A stretch of 64,000 nt of DNA from Macrostomum lignano (Eukaryota). Below, one piece after another: positions 12,391-25,870 of this stretch. The DNA is taken from contig NIVC01000168.1 of assembly GCA_002269645.1 (NCBI GenBank), forward strand, positions 475,297 to 539,296, read 5' to 3'. The notes beneath the pieces were generated by a model that saw only the letters and a program-made list of their open reading frames with translations, ran no database searches and was not told the origin of the DNA. Every line of letters begins with the position of its first letter. Positions within the stretch are counted from its first letter, which is position 1. The translations under genes were made by a program, and so were the position numbers.

Positions 12391-14361
12391 ATTGTTACCG
12401 CAAGTATGAATGCCGGAAACCATAGACAAAAGGGAACAATGATATTTATAATGATTTTTTATTAGAAAATCAATATTCTATGTGAATTCTATATCCTACG
12501 TACAATCAGACATTTCGAACTGTGCCTAAAAATCATAAGAATGGTATACAGCTCGACTCATTGGTTAATGTATCTTTTTAGCGAAACTGTGTAACAAGAT
12601 GTGTAACGGAAGGATCAAATAGATTCATATGAAGTCAATGATTCAAGCAAGGACTACTAGACTAGAAGGACGCAACACTTGCAAATCGTGCTAAAATAGT
12701 TGAAGGCCGATTATTACGAGCGTAAAATGTCTATCTCCGAATCGGTTGCATGTATAGAAGGTCAATTTTTTCGCCAGATTGTTCAGATTTTTGTCCCCTA
12801 CCAAGTTGAGTCAGTTAGTTTAGCTTCCCACTAGATGTAGATGCGAGAAAATCCTGTACAATGGAGACACCCTATTTTTGGGCGTATGGTAGCGATTCAA
12901 ATCCTCAAGTTTAGGAAGCAAAATTAATAAAGTAGCCGAAAATCTTGAGCGCATTTTTGTGAATACGCTCTTAGTTTCATTAGTGACGTTTCTGAAAATA
13001 TATCGGAGTCTGGAGATCATATACAGAACCCGCATACTTTGGTCTAAATCCTTTAAAATCTTTCTCACAAAATGGCCAGTCAGAAAAAAATTAATGATAA
13101 GAAAAAGCCAAACATCACAAAGCAGACTCCTGTTTTAACATTCTGTTCTCTATAATCTGTAAATTGAAGTGGCTTGCGAGTGGCAGCAGAATTTAGCAAG
13201 CAAGCAGGCTTGAGTCGAGTTTATTTGCTTATAGATAAACTTTTAGACAGCAGTCTGTCCGCCACAGAATTGAGGAAGTATGATAAACTATATTGAGCAA
13301 ATTTTATTGTCTGTCAAACAGTGTTGCAAAGTGACGAAACAAGAGGGATCAAAGGGAAATGGAAAAAGAAATTAACAGAAACAAGCAAAAATGCTTGCAT
13401 AAATGCACAAAATTTCTTTTAACAAATTTAGCATAGTAAAAGAGTGGTTCATAAGCAGTGTTGGGATCAAGTTTACAAATGGTACATGTATATGCTGACA
13501 AACCCTGTCACCCTAAACATCAAAATCAAGTTTAGGAAGCATTATAGAATTAGGTGGTCTGTCACCTCAGTCACCTGTGGAAGCTGCGGAGCTGACCTCG
13601 TTGGGGGCTGACTTGGGCATCTCAGTTCTGGATATCCAAGTGCATTGCAGGAGCATAGAAAAAAATGTGGTTACATACTGCAAAATTTCGGAAAGTAATA
13701 GGTCTAGGGTTCTGCAAACAGCAAATTATGTTGAAAATCGGCCTTCAACTATTTTTACACGAATCGAGTGTTACGTCCTTATAACGAATATAATATTATA
13801 ACGAAGTGTTCCTAGTGGTCCTTGGATTCAAGTTGTTACCATTTTTCTTAGTCATATGAGACAGGGCTTAAGGCACAAGTCAGCCCTTCACTCTGTACTA
13901 GATTTGTATCGTATTTTTTACGGTAACCAAGTCAAGGCAACGAAGCAAATGCTGCTTCAAAGTAGTGGAAAATATCTGCTTCAGTATTTATTCTTCATTT
14001 TTTCAAATAAAGATAGACGTGCAGTTCTACAATGTGGCCTACGGGAGACACTGGTTAATATAAATAAACTTGTGTATTACATTTGCAAGCCTATCTTGCA
14101 GAGAATCTAAGTAACTTGTATTTCATATATATCATATATATATCTATATGATTAACTATATATACCTATACCAGGTCTCTAGCTGGTCCGGGTGTTCCTA
14201 CATTTAAGTGCAAAAGGCATCCGATTGACTGCAAATTAAAATTTTCAATGTTCTCGTAACTAGTCAAAGTGCTAGGCTACTAACAGTAGTTTCATCTACC
14301 ACATCCGGGTAATCTAGGATTTATTTTTGTTTCTTCATCCGGGTATCTGGCCGCGTGCTTC

Positions 14362-15580
14362 TCATCGCACTGTTGACATGGCAACGCTCTGTGTCACTGC
14401 CTGACTCGAGCTGTCTACTCGCCTTCGCAGGCAGGGCAGGTAGAAAAAGTAGAAGTTCGGCTGCAGTCCAGTGTGGAATATCCAGTTCACCAGCGAGTTG
14501 GCCTTGGTCAAGTCCCAGAAGAAATTGTTTATGATTTTGGCTGCAATGAAGATTTCCGTTAGTTCAATATACAGTGAACAGGCCAAGTTCAAGGTTCAAG
14601 ACAAAGCGTTGTTATATATACTGTACGTATTACTCACAATCAAAGTAGCGTTTAGCAACATCCTCTGTGAGCGAAAAGTCCGGAGTGTACACTCCCAGGC
14701 GAAGAACATCACCGGGCACGCCTAGCACGAACTGCAAGCAGCTCATAGTAGCCAGAATCGCGGTTATTTTTATCTCTCCAGATTTCTTTGAGCTCGCAGT
14801 CTGATCGCCGTTGTTTGTCATTTCACTGCGGCTCTTGCTGGCTTTGAACAGGTTTACCGCCAGGCCCACAGAAGTCAGCAGGCACACAAAGTACACTGTG
14901 AACATGGTGACGGGCTTTACGAATCGAAGAATGTCCCATATCCACTGTGGCCAGTTGCCGTCAGGGATGCAGAACGCAGTCGCATATGCCTTGCAACACG
15001 TGGCCCTTGTCACCAGACTGTCGTTTTCCATTCGGTTGTTTGATCTCAGGTGATAACTGCAGCTGTCTCCAGTAGTGATGAGCATAGACAGAAGCACAGC
15101 AGCCAAGATCAGCGAGTTGTTCCGTTTGTTGGTCAGAACAGTCTTGGCCTTGAGTGGGAATGCAACTGTAAACCATCTGCAGCAACAGGAGAATGTCAGG
15201 CTGATACCCGACAAAAATATAGGAAAGTACATGATTGCGTAGCTAATCTTGCACTTGAACAGAACCAGGCCGTAACTAGCATCGCTGCCTATATCGTATA
15301 TGAAACTTCCTAGAAAGTTCCTGATATCGTACTGTTGAGGAAGACTATTGGGCCTCGTATTGAACAGCTCAAAGACCCAGTTTAAACAGGTGATTGAATC
15401 GGCAAAACAGACCAGCAATAGCCAGTTCAGAACTTTCTTGCTGTACGGCCTTCGCACCAGCAGGTAGATGAACGCCATTATCGTGGCCACGTTGTTGACC
15501 GTGTAGAAAACTGTTAGTGACACTCCTATGGCATACTCTGCTTGGGCCTCTTCGTTCCCAAGTCGAAAAAGCCATTCCAT
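14362..15580 (-). CDS. Orphan class A (rhodopsin-like) GPCR, ~373 aa
   Basis: Exons 15580-14638 and 14540-14362 joined by a 97-bp GTGAGT...TTGCAG phase-1 intron. Seven hydrophobic segments: TM2 CFADS, TM3 CRWFTVAFPLKAK, TM5 KPVTMF, TM6 FVLGVP, and TM7 NSLVNWIFH supplied by exon 2. Confidence 0.85.
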
Positions 15581-16524
15581 AACTTTTGTCTTTGAGCTGA
15601 AACTGAGGCTTCAAAGCTGAAAAATAGTAAGTTGTCAGTATAAAGAAAATTGGTTTCGCCAATTACTTGAAAATTCCAAGCTTGTCAGTTGTTGCCTTCA
15701 ATTCGAGCTCGTCTTCCGGTTGCTGTATATATACTCACCGATCAATTTACGTTTGACTAAACTCAAACAGGAATAATGTTGAAAATTTGCGAGCTCCTCC
15801 CAAATCGATTTGTTCCGATAATTTGTCACTACATTGCACAGACACTGATCACGGATGAGTTGCTGCGACCCAGCGGTGCACCGAGGCGGAAGGTGCGAAC
15901 TGGCAGAAACAGCGGTGGGAAGTATGAGGAAATTTATAACGGCTCATTGCGCGCGAATTCCTGATAAATCAGCGACATCGTTTTTATACTGAATCGATTC
16001 TAACTGGTATTGAAAGCAACGCCGCGCCCAAGTTTTGGGCGTGTCCCAGTGACTGAATTGGTGCGCCATCATATTGTGGCTTGGCTGTGGCTCTAAAGCT
16101 TAGAAAAATGACAGCTTTAGTCGCTGGTAGGAACACCAAAGGCGGTGAGACACGCCCTAAAGACGGTAAATAGTTTGCTAATAGCTAGCGTTGTTGTTCT
16201 CCATGGGCTTACTTCCTTGTTCAGAGTACATGTAGATGTTGTCCACGATGCCCATTTTAAGCGCTAGAAATTCATTTTAAGATCATGGAGCAAGACCAAG
16301 GACGTCTCATCATTGAAAAGCTGTGCGTGAAAACTCTTCTAATAAGCGCTGCGTAGATACGGTATTATTTTAGTGTCTACTTCGCCTGTAATGGTGGACT
16401 CAGCACGCCTGTTTGTATGAGACAGACCAGGTTTACGAGCTAAGGTCTGCGATCCTACACACCTGCACCCCCTCTTTTCTGGTGCAGGAATGACAGGAGA
16501 GCTCTCTCCAAGCTGACTCACAAG

Positions 16525-19500
16525 CCGACCTAGGGGTTCACGTCCCGCATGTGTTTAAGGCAGCTCTAGGGCTGCTGGACTGACTGGGCTCCGGCGGCGG
16601 CAACCCATCCGTGACCAGCTTGCCGATTTGGGTACGGGCCCCGCCCGGAAGTGAACCTGTGCGTATCAGGTACCTCTGGCCACGGCTCTGAGGAACAGGT
16701 ACGAGCGTATCACCCTCTGACCTTAACAGAGTATGCGGCCAGTCCGCAGTCTCCGAGGACAGCCTCTTGTCCCCCTCAAGGGCTCAGTGTAGCACCGCGC
16801 TGATGGTCCTTTGGTTCGGCCTCTGGTTTTCTCCAAGCCGGGCTCTTAGTCGGGGAGTTTCTCGGTTGCTAGCGGTCGAGCCGGTAAGGGCTTAAGCCAC
16901 CCCCGGTCGCTATCTCTTGGCCTGGCTGTTGGGTTTGGGGTTACGGCCCAGCGGCTTCTCACCTCTAGTCCCCATTCGCCTTTCCGAGGTTGGTACCGCG
17001 GCCCAGCTGGACATTCGCAACACCGGAACCCCCGGTGCCTCTCAGTCAGCCCCTGCCGCCGCTCAGGATAATACCGGAGTGGCTGGACAACAGGACAGCG
17101 GACCTCAGACTTCTAAAAAGAAGGCCTGTAGCATTGCTCGCTACAAAGCCTTTCTCCAGCGCAAAGCGGAGGAACGGAGGAGTGCGAAAGCTGCCCCTCC
17201 GGCCGCCGCCGTGGAGGGTGCCGGTAACTTTACGAATCCCGCGGAGGAGCCGACATCCGACAAGGTGGCGGACCCCGCGCGCCGGTCAGAAGCGTCAGGT
17301 TCCGCCGAAGATTCTGGTGCGGCTGGCCCCTCCGTGACGGTACCTCTGCCCGTGTGGAAGCTCCCACGGCCGTGGAGGGATCCAAAGCGGGGGGTGCTGG
17401 CCAAACCACCAAGCCGAACATCTCGACCTAATCTAGCGCAGGTTGGACTCCCACCTGGTCAAGATGGCCTTGAGCGGTACCGCTATTCCAGTTCAAAAAA
17501 CGAAAGTCGAGGACCAAGCCCTCCAAATCCAGCCCGCCGATAGCCAGTCTGGGCAACAGCTCCTCGAGATGCTGAAAGCCTTCGACTGGGGTACGGAGCT
17601 GGAAAACCTGTTTATCTACAGGGAGGACGAGCGACCCCGGACACACCGGCACCGTGCCTGGATTCCGGCTCGCAGCTCCATCACCAAGGCCCACGAGCTG
17701 CGTTGTCTGCTAGTGGCTTCCAACCCGGAGCTACCGGCCAACGGTGTCGTAGTTCACGAGACTATCTCCAAGCCGGGCGGAGACGGTTTCACGGCTATTC
17801 TTGGACTGTCAGATAGCTGGATGCTCCGCTACCCGGACATGTCCATCATCTCTGTCGGGCTGTTGCAGATTCAGCTCTTTAGCTTTGAGTCTGACGCCAC
17901 CCGCCCACCGCCCCCGGAGAAGCGTAAGCGGGCGAGCGGGGGCTCTGCCGGACGGAAACGCCCAGGAAAGGAGCTCCCGTTCGTCACGACCCCTCCGAGG
18001 AGGTGGACCCTGTCAGAGTGAAAGCCGCGAAAGCTGTAGCAACAGGCGGACGTGGAAAGGGCCGGAAACCCACCCAGAACACTATCCGCTCTGGTCTGAC
18101 TCAGCGCGCGAAGCAGCTGCTGGACACCGCCAAGGCCAACAACCGCAGCAACCCCCAGCCCAGTGTCACCACTGCGCCCCCCCCGGAAAACCGGGCCGAG
18201 AGCGAGAATGCCGCCCAGGTGGCGGCCCCGCCCTCGACCATGGAGACCATCTGGGAGAAGCCCATGGAACTGGAGCCTGGAACTATCGGCGAGGCAGAAG
18301 GGACAGCTCTCCTGCACAACTCGCCTTGAGCCGGCAGGAAGCTGCGCGGACCACTCGTGGAATCCCCGGAGTGGACATCCTGCAGCTAAACCTACACCAC
18401 TGCATCGCGGCCTCGACCAACCTGATGCAGGTGGCAAACTTCGTGAAACCGGGCATTATCCTACTCCAGGAACCCTCTACGAAGAAAGGTAAGATTCCGA
18501 ATATTCCTGCTGGTTTTGACTGTTTTCAGGACCCCCAAAACCCCAGGGCAGCCAATTTCGTGTCTACCCATCTCAAGCTTGGCACAGACCGGACCTCTCT
18601 GATAGAGACCTCTGTGTCATTCAGTCCAACCACATAATCACCAACCGCACGGTCATCATCGCCTCGATTTATATCCCTGGCGATGGCCCCGCGGTTCCAC
18701 CAAACCTCACCTCCCTCGTGGACTACTGCTCTAACCGTAGGTTCGAGCTGCTGGTGGCGGGCGACGTCAACGCCCACCACACTCACTGGGGCAGTAACCT
18801 CCAACAGCAGAGGCAAGGAACTCCTTGCTTACATCTGCACCACCAACACTGAGTTTTGCAACATTGGTGGAACCCCTACCTTTGACAACGGGCGATGGAC
18901 GGAGGCCCTCGACTTAACCCTCGTCTCCTATGGTTTGGCTCCTCTGGTCAAGGACTGGGAGGTGTGGGACGAAGAGGAGTCTCTGTCTGACCATCGCTTC
19001 GTTCGTTTTCGTTTGCAATCCTCTTGCCCCAAGCCTAACATCCTGTGGAAAAGGAACGTCCGGAACACTGAATGGACGGCTTTCGCGGAAACCCTGAAAT
19101 GCCAGACAGATCAGCTGACTACCGCCGCTCCAACCCCTGTCAGAAAGTGGGTGACCTTGCAGACTTGCTCAGCAAGACCGTCCTGACAGCCCATGAGGCT
19201 TCCTGTGCTCTTAAAGGCTACAAAGGCAAAAAATCTGCCCCCTGGTGGCACCCGGCGCTTGGATCCCTCCAACGCAAGGCAAAGTGCCTCCAACGGAAAG
19301 CTCGCAAGAGCAAGGACCCAGCTGACCTGGCCGCCTATCAAGACGCGCGATCCGCGACTTTAAGTGTTAAACCAGGAAAGCCAAGTCCGACAAATGGCGC
19401 CAATACTGCGCGGAGTTAGAAGGCATCCGCCCTACTTCACGCGTGGTTAAGGCTCTCACCCTCGACAAAATTTCAAAGCTCTCAGTCATTAAAAGACCTC

Positions 19501-21565
19501 GCTGAGAGCTCGCTGAGAACCCTGGGGAATCGCTGGACATCATGCTCACCAGCTCTTTCCCACGTGCTGCGCAGCAGCTAGGCCCACCAGACCACTCTCC
19601 GGGCGGACAGATCCTGGCTTCGACCATCATTACTAGAGAGAGGACGGCTCGCGCCGCAAAATCCTTCTCTCCTTTCAAGTCACCGGGACCTGACAACATT
19701 TATCCTGCCTTCCTTCATGAGGCAGTTAAAAATGACAGGTTTCTCGGCCTCCTCTGCAACCTCTTCAAGGCCAGCATTACCCTCGGGTACGTGCCAAAAG
19801 CCTGGCAGGAGGCCATGGTGGTCTTCATACTCAAACAAGGGAAGGGAGACTATCATTCTGCCAAAGCTTACCGCCCCATCAGTCTGACATCTTTCTTCCT
19901 CAAACTGATGGAACGGCTGGTGCTCTGGCGCCTCCTCCTCGTAGAGCTGAGGAACTCCCCGCTCTCCCCCAATCAGCACGCCTTTGGTCCTGGACGCTCC
20001 ATCGAAAGTGCGCTACACGCCATTATCGACAAGCTGGAGCGCGCTGTGCTTGGCAGTGGATACGCGCTGTCGCTTTTCCTCGACATTGATGGTGCTTTCA
20101 ATAATGTGCTCTTTGAAGCCTTTAAGCGGGCCCTGGAATCCCGGGGCACGCACGAGCACCTTACCCACTGGATCATGTACATGGTCTCCCATCGTACTGC
20201 CATCTCGCACCCCTCCTGGGACACTCCCGCTCCGTGGAAGTCCAGAAAGGCGGACCGCAAGATGGAGTCCTCAGCCCGATTCTCTAGAATTTAGTCATGG
20301 ACGAGCTGCTTTGCAGCCCACATCCGGACCCAGTTCAGAAGGTCGGCTACTCGTATGCGGACGATGTTACCGCCACTGTGGCTGGACCATCACCCGCGGT
20401 ACTCAGGGACCTCCTTCAAGCCTTCATCCACCGTGCCGAGCGCTGGGCACATAGCTGCGGTCTCAGGTTCTCTGAGTCTAAAACCGTGGCTATCATGTTC
20501 ACCAGCCGCCGAAACTGGAGGATCGAACTGCTCTCCCTCTATGGAAAACCCGTTGCCATGGAGAACCGAACCAGATGTCTGGGCGTCACCCTCGACCACA
20601 GGTTGAGTTGGACCCCACACGTCCAAACCAAAGCCCGCAAAGCTCTCGCGACTCTCGCGCAGATCCGCAAAGCTTTCGGCGCTACGTGGGGCCTCACCCC
20701 CGCCGCCTCTGGTGGATTTACACTGCCATTGTTAGACCGGCCATCTCCTTCGCCGGCTTCATTTGAAACAGTGCCCTAAAGGTGAAAGGGGTTCTTGAGG
20801 TTCTAAATAGGGTGCAAGGCCGCGCTTGTCGAGCATTCATGAGCGCGGCTCCCTCTACGCCCTTCACTTTTATGAACTCCATATTGGACATTCCCCCCTT
20901 GACCTCTTTGTTAGAGGGGAGGCAATGAAGACCACCCGCCGTCTGCTTGACGCGGGTGTCCCCATCCAGAAGCAGTTCACCTTCAGAAAGCGGAACCTCC
21001 GGCCGCATGGCGACCTCAGTCTGCGAGACCTGGAAGCAGCGAGAGGCCTGCTGACCCTCTCGGACGGAATTCCGTCCACGCTCTGCCCTCCGCTCAAATT
21101 AAAAACCAGCATTCCACCACGTCATGAAGCAAGAGACAACTGGAACCCCATGAAATCCACTGCTTCACTGACGGGTCCCAAATCAACTCCGCCTCTGACT
21201 ACGGCTACTGCATCGTATCTGGAGGGAGAACTGTGGCGACCTTCTCCCAACACACCGGCACCTACTCCACCGTCTTCCAGAACGAAGTTCTCGCCATCAG
21301 CTCCTGCGCCATGGAGCTGTACAATCAGTGCATCTGGGGGAAGGAGATTACCCTCCACTCGGACAGTCAAGCGGCGGTTCACGCCCTTGAGCGCACCACC
21401 ACCTGCTCGCGTACAGTCCTCGACTGCATCGACTGCATAAGGTGCATCCCTGGGCACTCGGGCCACCCCGGCAACGAGCTGGCCGATCGCCTGGGCAAGA
21501 CTGGCTCGACCGGTTCTTTTACTGGTCGCCTGCCCGTGGCCCCCACCCCCATCGCCGTTGTCACC
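16525..21565 (+). mobile_element. Non-LTR retrotransposon, LOA-clade-like (ORF1, APE, RT, RNase H), frameshifted
   Basis: ORF1 pieces 16917-18329 include a DUF4780-like segment (RAWIP...SNPELP...SVGLLQIQL). APE: ILQLNLHHC..ILLQEP, GDVNAHH, ALDLTL, SDHRFV. RT: KSPGPDNI, YRPISLTS, QHAF, LFLDIDGAF, YADD. RNase H: TVFQNEVLAI, SDSQAAV, IPGHSGHPGNELAD. Many indels. Confidence 0.9.
16529..16588 (+). ncRNA. Candidate HDV/CPEB3-like ribozyme core at the LINE 5' end
   Basis: P2 CCTAG/CTGGG, P3 GGG/CCC, L3 TTCACGT, J1/4 GT, P4 GGCAGC/GCTGCT, J4/2 CTGA. The P1 5' strand was not confidently located. Confidence 0.45.
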
Positions 21566-21859
21566 AATTTATTTATTTCCACCCCGGTGCAAGTAAATGC
21601 CGTGACCTCCAAATGGTCAAGATGGTGAGCTGCGCTTAACTGCTGCGCGGCTTTCGCTCACAGCGGCAGGACCCAGCGAGGGCAGCGGAGCGAGCGTCGG
21701 CGTGTTGAGCATCGGTGTGAGCGAAATCGGCGCGGTCAACGACATGGTGCTGCCCGCTTAGCTGCAGCTGCGCTGGCCCATACAGATCTTCTGGGTGGCG
21801 CCAGGACAGAGAGGCTTATCTACATCGAGTCCCAGCCGTACCACAGAGCACGCTACCAT

Positions 21860-22160
21860 AGGACGCTGAACTCCCCTGCTGTCCTCAACTGTCGTGGGGG
21901 CCCAGCGAGAACTGGACAAGCTGGTTACTTTTGCGGCAAGTGTCGGCCTGGTGGTCAACGCGCAGAAAACTGTCATGCCCTGCGTGCCGGACGACATCGA
22001 GGCTGCAATTTTGTTCCGAGGCGCTGATGGACTGGCGACAGGGCTTCCGTGTTTTCAGCAGTTCATCTACCTTGGCGGTCTGGTTTCCGGCGTCCGCGAG
22101 GATTTGCAGCGTCGCCGCGGGCTTGCCTGGGCTGCCTTTCGTTCTGTGAGCACAGTTCTA
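21860..22160 (+). mobile_element. RTE-type LINE reverse transcriptase C-terminal fragment
   Basis: LLSSTVVGAQRELDKLVTFAASVGLVVNAQKT...FIYLGG...DLQRRRGLAWAAF, the region that follows YADD in RTE-like RTs. Confidence 0.75.
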
Positions 22161-22319
22161 CCAGGGGGGCAGGTCCGCACTCGGCGTTTTGTCGACTGCC
22201 TGCTGGCTGACGCCAGCGCCCCGGATTTGGTTCGGCGACGAGGCGTTCGTTCGCGACTTGGCCCTACGGCGTGCCCTGAGACGCTGAGCGCTTATTTTGT
22301 TGTTGTTGGGTGCCCGTCC

Positions 22320-22760
22320 ATCTGTCTATGTGAAAGGAACCAGTCCAGTCATCGATCTGAAGTTGGATGACCGAAGAAGGGATAGGGACCAGGGGCTCAG
22401 GGCCCAGAAATGAGCCAGAGCCGCCCCTCTTGGCGAAGGTGTCTGCCAACTCGTTCCCCGGAAACCATGCGTGCCCTGGGATCCACTTCAGCCTGACAGT
22501 ATTGCTACTGGCCAGGAGGTTGAGCTGCCGGGTGCAGTCAGCGACTGTCCAGGAGTTCGCAGTGGTGTGGCAGAGGGTCTGTACGGCCGCTTGGCTGTCA
22601 GAGTGGATGACGATAGTCTCTCCTCTCGTACCCTTGGCGTTCAGCTCTGCAGCGCAGGAGCTGATAGCAAGGACTTCATTCTGGAAGACCGTGGAGAATC
22701 TGCTAGTGTACTGGGCATGCGTGTCAATGACGCGGCCGTTAATGATGATGCAAACCTAAA
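22320..22760 (-). mobile_element. Second LOA-like RNase H fragment, inverted
   Basis: Minus-strand frame reads STVFQNEVLAISSCAAEL...IVIHSDSQAAV...LKWIPGHAWFPGNELADTFAKRG, clearly homologous to but diverged from 21230-21560. Confidence 0.85.
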
Positions 22761-24249
22761 GGGAGACCGACAATTGACTGCCACAGGCGGCAAGCGCTTA
22801 GCAAAGGCGTCAGAAAGCCCTAAGATCACCGTGGCTCCCTTCTCCTAGCGGGAAGTGGCGTGGTGCAGAAGCCCATTGACCTCGAGGTCAAGGTGCAGCT
22901 TTGGCAGAATCTGCTCAAATTTTAGCTCACGCAGGCAGCCGAAAAAACGCAGAGTCAACTGAGCGAGACGCCAATAAAAAGGGCGACGGCCCAGAGGCTA
23001 AAGCCCACCCCACCAAGCCACCACCCCACGCACGCAGAGCCAAGCACCCCAACACAGCGCGGACAAGGGAGAGAGAGAACGTACGCAAGGCGACACAAGG
23101 CGTGGCAGATGAGAGGGGTTTAAAACTGGTTATTGACTAGTCAAAACCAGTCACAAACCAACACAATACTCGTACGGACCCATTGCTTTGCATTTGAAAA
23201 GAAGTAAGACAGTGGCGTACTCATTTGGCGGAAGGAGGTGGCACAAGAGGGCGAGACGACGAGGTCCTCTCGATTTTTTAACTTCTGTCGAGTTTACAGT
23301 TGTAGGATCATATTTTTGCGCTAATTTTCCTTTGTTTTTGATCAACTTTTTCTGGTTAAGAATCTAGCCGAAGTTAACAAAATATTTTTTCTTTCGCCAA
23401 AAATTATCGTAAGTCAAAATCCTTGAACTTAATCGTTAGCTGTTGCTGTCAATCACAGCCAATGACAGCTGCCTAGATGTCATAAAGAACATTGTTATTA
23501 ATAAACATACTCATACGAGTAGATACGCAATTTTTTAATCCATCCGGCCATCTCTACGGACTAACGCACACGTGTAATGAAGGTCTTTGCTTTGATTGAA
23601 CAGTTTTCACGTGATAATGCGTGCATGATCTAAGCTGATGGCTGACGACACCGCTTTTTACCAAAAGTGTAGTTGATACAGAGAGAGACAGGCGCGTGCT
23701 TAGTTGATAGAGATGGAGAGCAGATCATGGGGAAAGACTCTACAATTCCAGCTATCAATTCGTTATCGAGCCCTCAAACCTGCCCAATGCTTTATCGCAT
23801 CCGAATAATATGCGGAGCGCCGCTTTGTAACGGCGTTGCTTTCAAGACCAGTTAGAACCGATTCGGCATAAAAATGATGTCGCTGATTTATCGCGATTCG
23901 CGCGCAATGAGCCGTTATAACTTTCCTCTTATTTCCCACCGCTGTTTCTGCCAGTTCGCACCTTCCGCCTCGGTGCGACGCTCGGTCGCAGCAACTCATC
24001 CGTGACCGGTCTCTGTGCAATGTTGTGACAAGATCAAACTTGTGACAAGTTGTTGGAACAATTTGATTTAGGAAGGGGCTCGCAAATTTTCTGTCGGAGC
24101 CTTTATCTGTCGGAAACAGAACAAAATTTAAACAATTTAATTTTTTTGGATAAAATTTCTTACAAATGCTGAAGTGAAAACGTGATTTTTCATTGTATGT
24201 CGCATATGTGATCTGATTGTCAATTTAATGGCAGTGTGAACCAAGCCTT

Positions 24250-24480
24250 TTGGTGAGGATGAGGCGAGAAAAAGCTGAAAAGAGAGAAGAGGGAGAGAGG
24301 AGAGAAGAGGGGAGAGAGGAAAGAAGAGGGGAGAGAGGAGAGAAGAGGGGAGAGAGGAGGGGAGAGAGGAGAGAAGAGGGAGAGAGGAAAGAAGAGGGGA
24401 GAGAGGAAAGAAGAGGGGAAAGGAGAGGGGAGAGAGGAGAGAAGAGGGAGAGAGGAAAGAAGAGGGGAGAGGAGAGACGA
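24250..24480. repeat. GA-rich low-complexity array
   Basis: GAGAGGAGAGAAGAGGG-type units. Confidence 0.9.
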
Positions 24481-24489
24481 CACAAACCT

Positions 24490-25870
24490 CGAGTTGGCCG
24501 GATTCCTAGTGAAGTTTCGGTTAGAGAAGCTTCATAAGCCGCATGCGTTTGCTTTTTTATGTTTGAGTTTGCTTACCCCTGATTTAAAGTTTCGCTCGAC
24601 TCTGGTCAATACCAAAGTTGTGGTGTACTCTGATAGTACCGCCGCTCTCGGCATGATAAAGTGCTTGTCCTGCAGTCATCCTGATCTCCTTCGGATCTAT
24701 CAAACTGTGCCTTGGTTCTGCATTCGTGATGGTATTTGTATTGAAGCTTATCATCTGCCGGGTCGTATGCTTGGCTCTCTGCTGGATTGCTTACTTTTGC
24801 TTTCGTTTTTACTGCCATATCTGCCTTTTGCCTGACAATTTTGCCATGCACGCGCTCTCGGTGTCTCTCGCGCTGCCCTCCGCTTTCGGGTCGCCTCCGC
24901 TCTCGGGACGGCCCGCCCAGTCTCCGCCGATTTGCTCTGCCGCCTCGCCCTCGCAGACAGTTCCGGGAAATCCTACCGCAGCCAATTCAAGGCCTGGCGT
25001 GCGTTCTGTGATCTGGCGGCCATCGATCCGACCACCGCCAGCGAGAGCGACCTGTGCCAGTACGTCGTCCACCTGGTGCAACCACGGATCAGCGCCTTCT
25101 CGGCCCTGCGGTCTTACATCAATGCCGTCTCGGTGCCCCACCAGCTGGCCTGCTCGCCAGACTCAGCTCGAGGGGCGGCACAGCTGCAGTTCCTTTTGAG
25201 GGGCGCTCGGCGCTTCTTGGGGTTTCAGACCAAGCAGGCGACGGCGCTCGAGCCTGCTCACCTGCGGCGGCTTGCGGGCGACCCTGCGGCCCGTCGAGGC
25301 TTCGCCCCGAACTTGTGGTCTGCATTCTTACGCCGCCTTGCTGGTGGCCTGGTGGGGGCTGATCCGAGTCGGCGACCTGCTGCCGGACTCTGGAGCTGCT
25401 GAGCTGCGCTCTAGCCATCTGTCCTGTTCCGGCTCCAGGCTGGTGCTGCAGCTGTAGCGGTCCAAGACCAACCATGCAGTTCGCGGGCAGCGTGTCCACA
25501 CGGTGCAGCTGCAGCTGCCCTGCCTGGCCGGCGTGGCCTGGTGCCCTGTCACAGTGCGGCGTTGCACCACCTGCGCCACCGTCCCGTTGTTCTCCTACCT
25601 CGTGGGCTCGCGGAGGCTGCATTTGAAGCCTCGTCTGCTGATCTCGCTTCTGCGGCAGGCACTGCGTAACTGCGGTTTCAACCCGTCCGCCTTCTCCGGC
25701 CACAGCCTGCGGCGCGGTGGGGCCGGCTTTGCCCTGCAGGCGGGGCTTGGCCTTGCCTGATATCATGGCCCTGGGTGACTGGCGCTCTGACTGTATGAAG
25801 CGCTACTTCAGTGACGGTGCTTCTGTGGCCCGCAAGTCTCGGACGGTCGGTCAGATGGTGTCGCATTTTT
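24490..25870 (+). mobile_element. DIRS-order (Ngaro/PAT-like) tyrosine-recombinase retroelement remnant
   Basis: DIRS-type RNase H piece (VVVYSDSTAA...AYHLPG). Recombinase pieces: SYRSQFKAWRAFC..LRSYINAV, catalytic LIRVGD, RSKT, FSGHSLRRGGA, then ALGDWRSDCMKRY; stops and frameshifts present. Confidence 0.85.
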
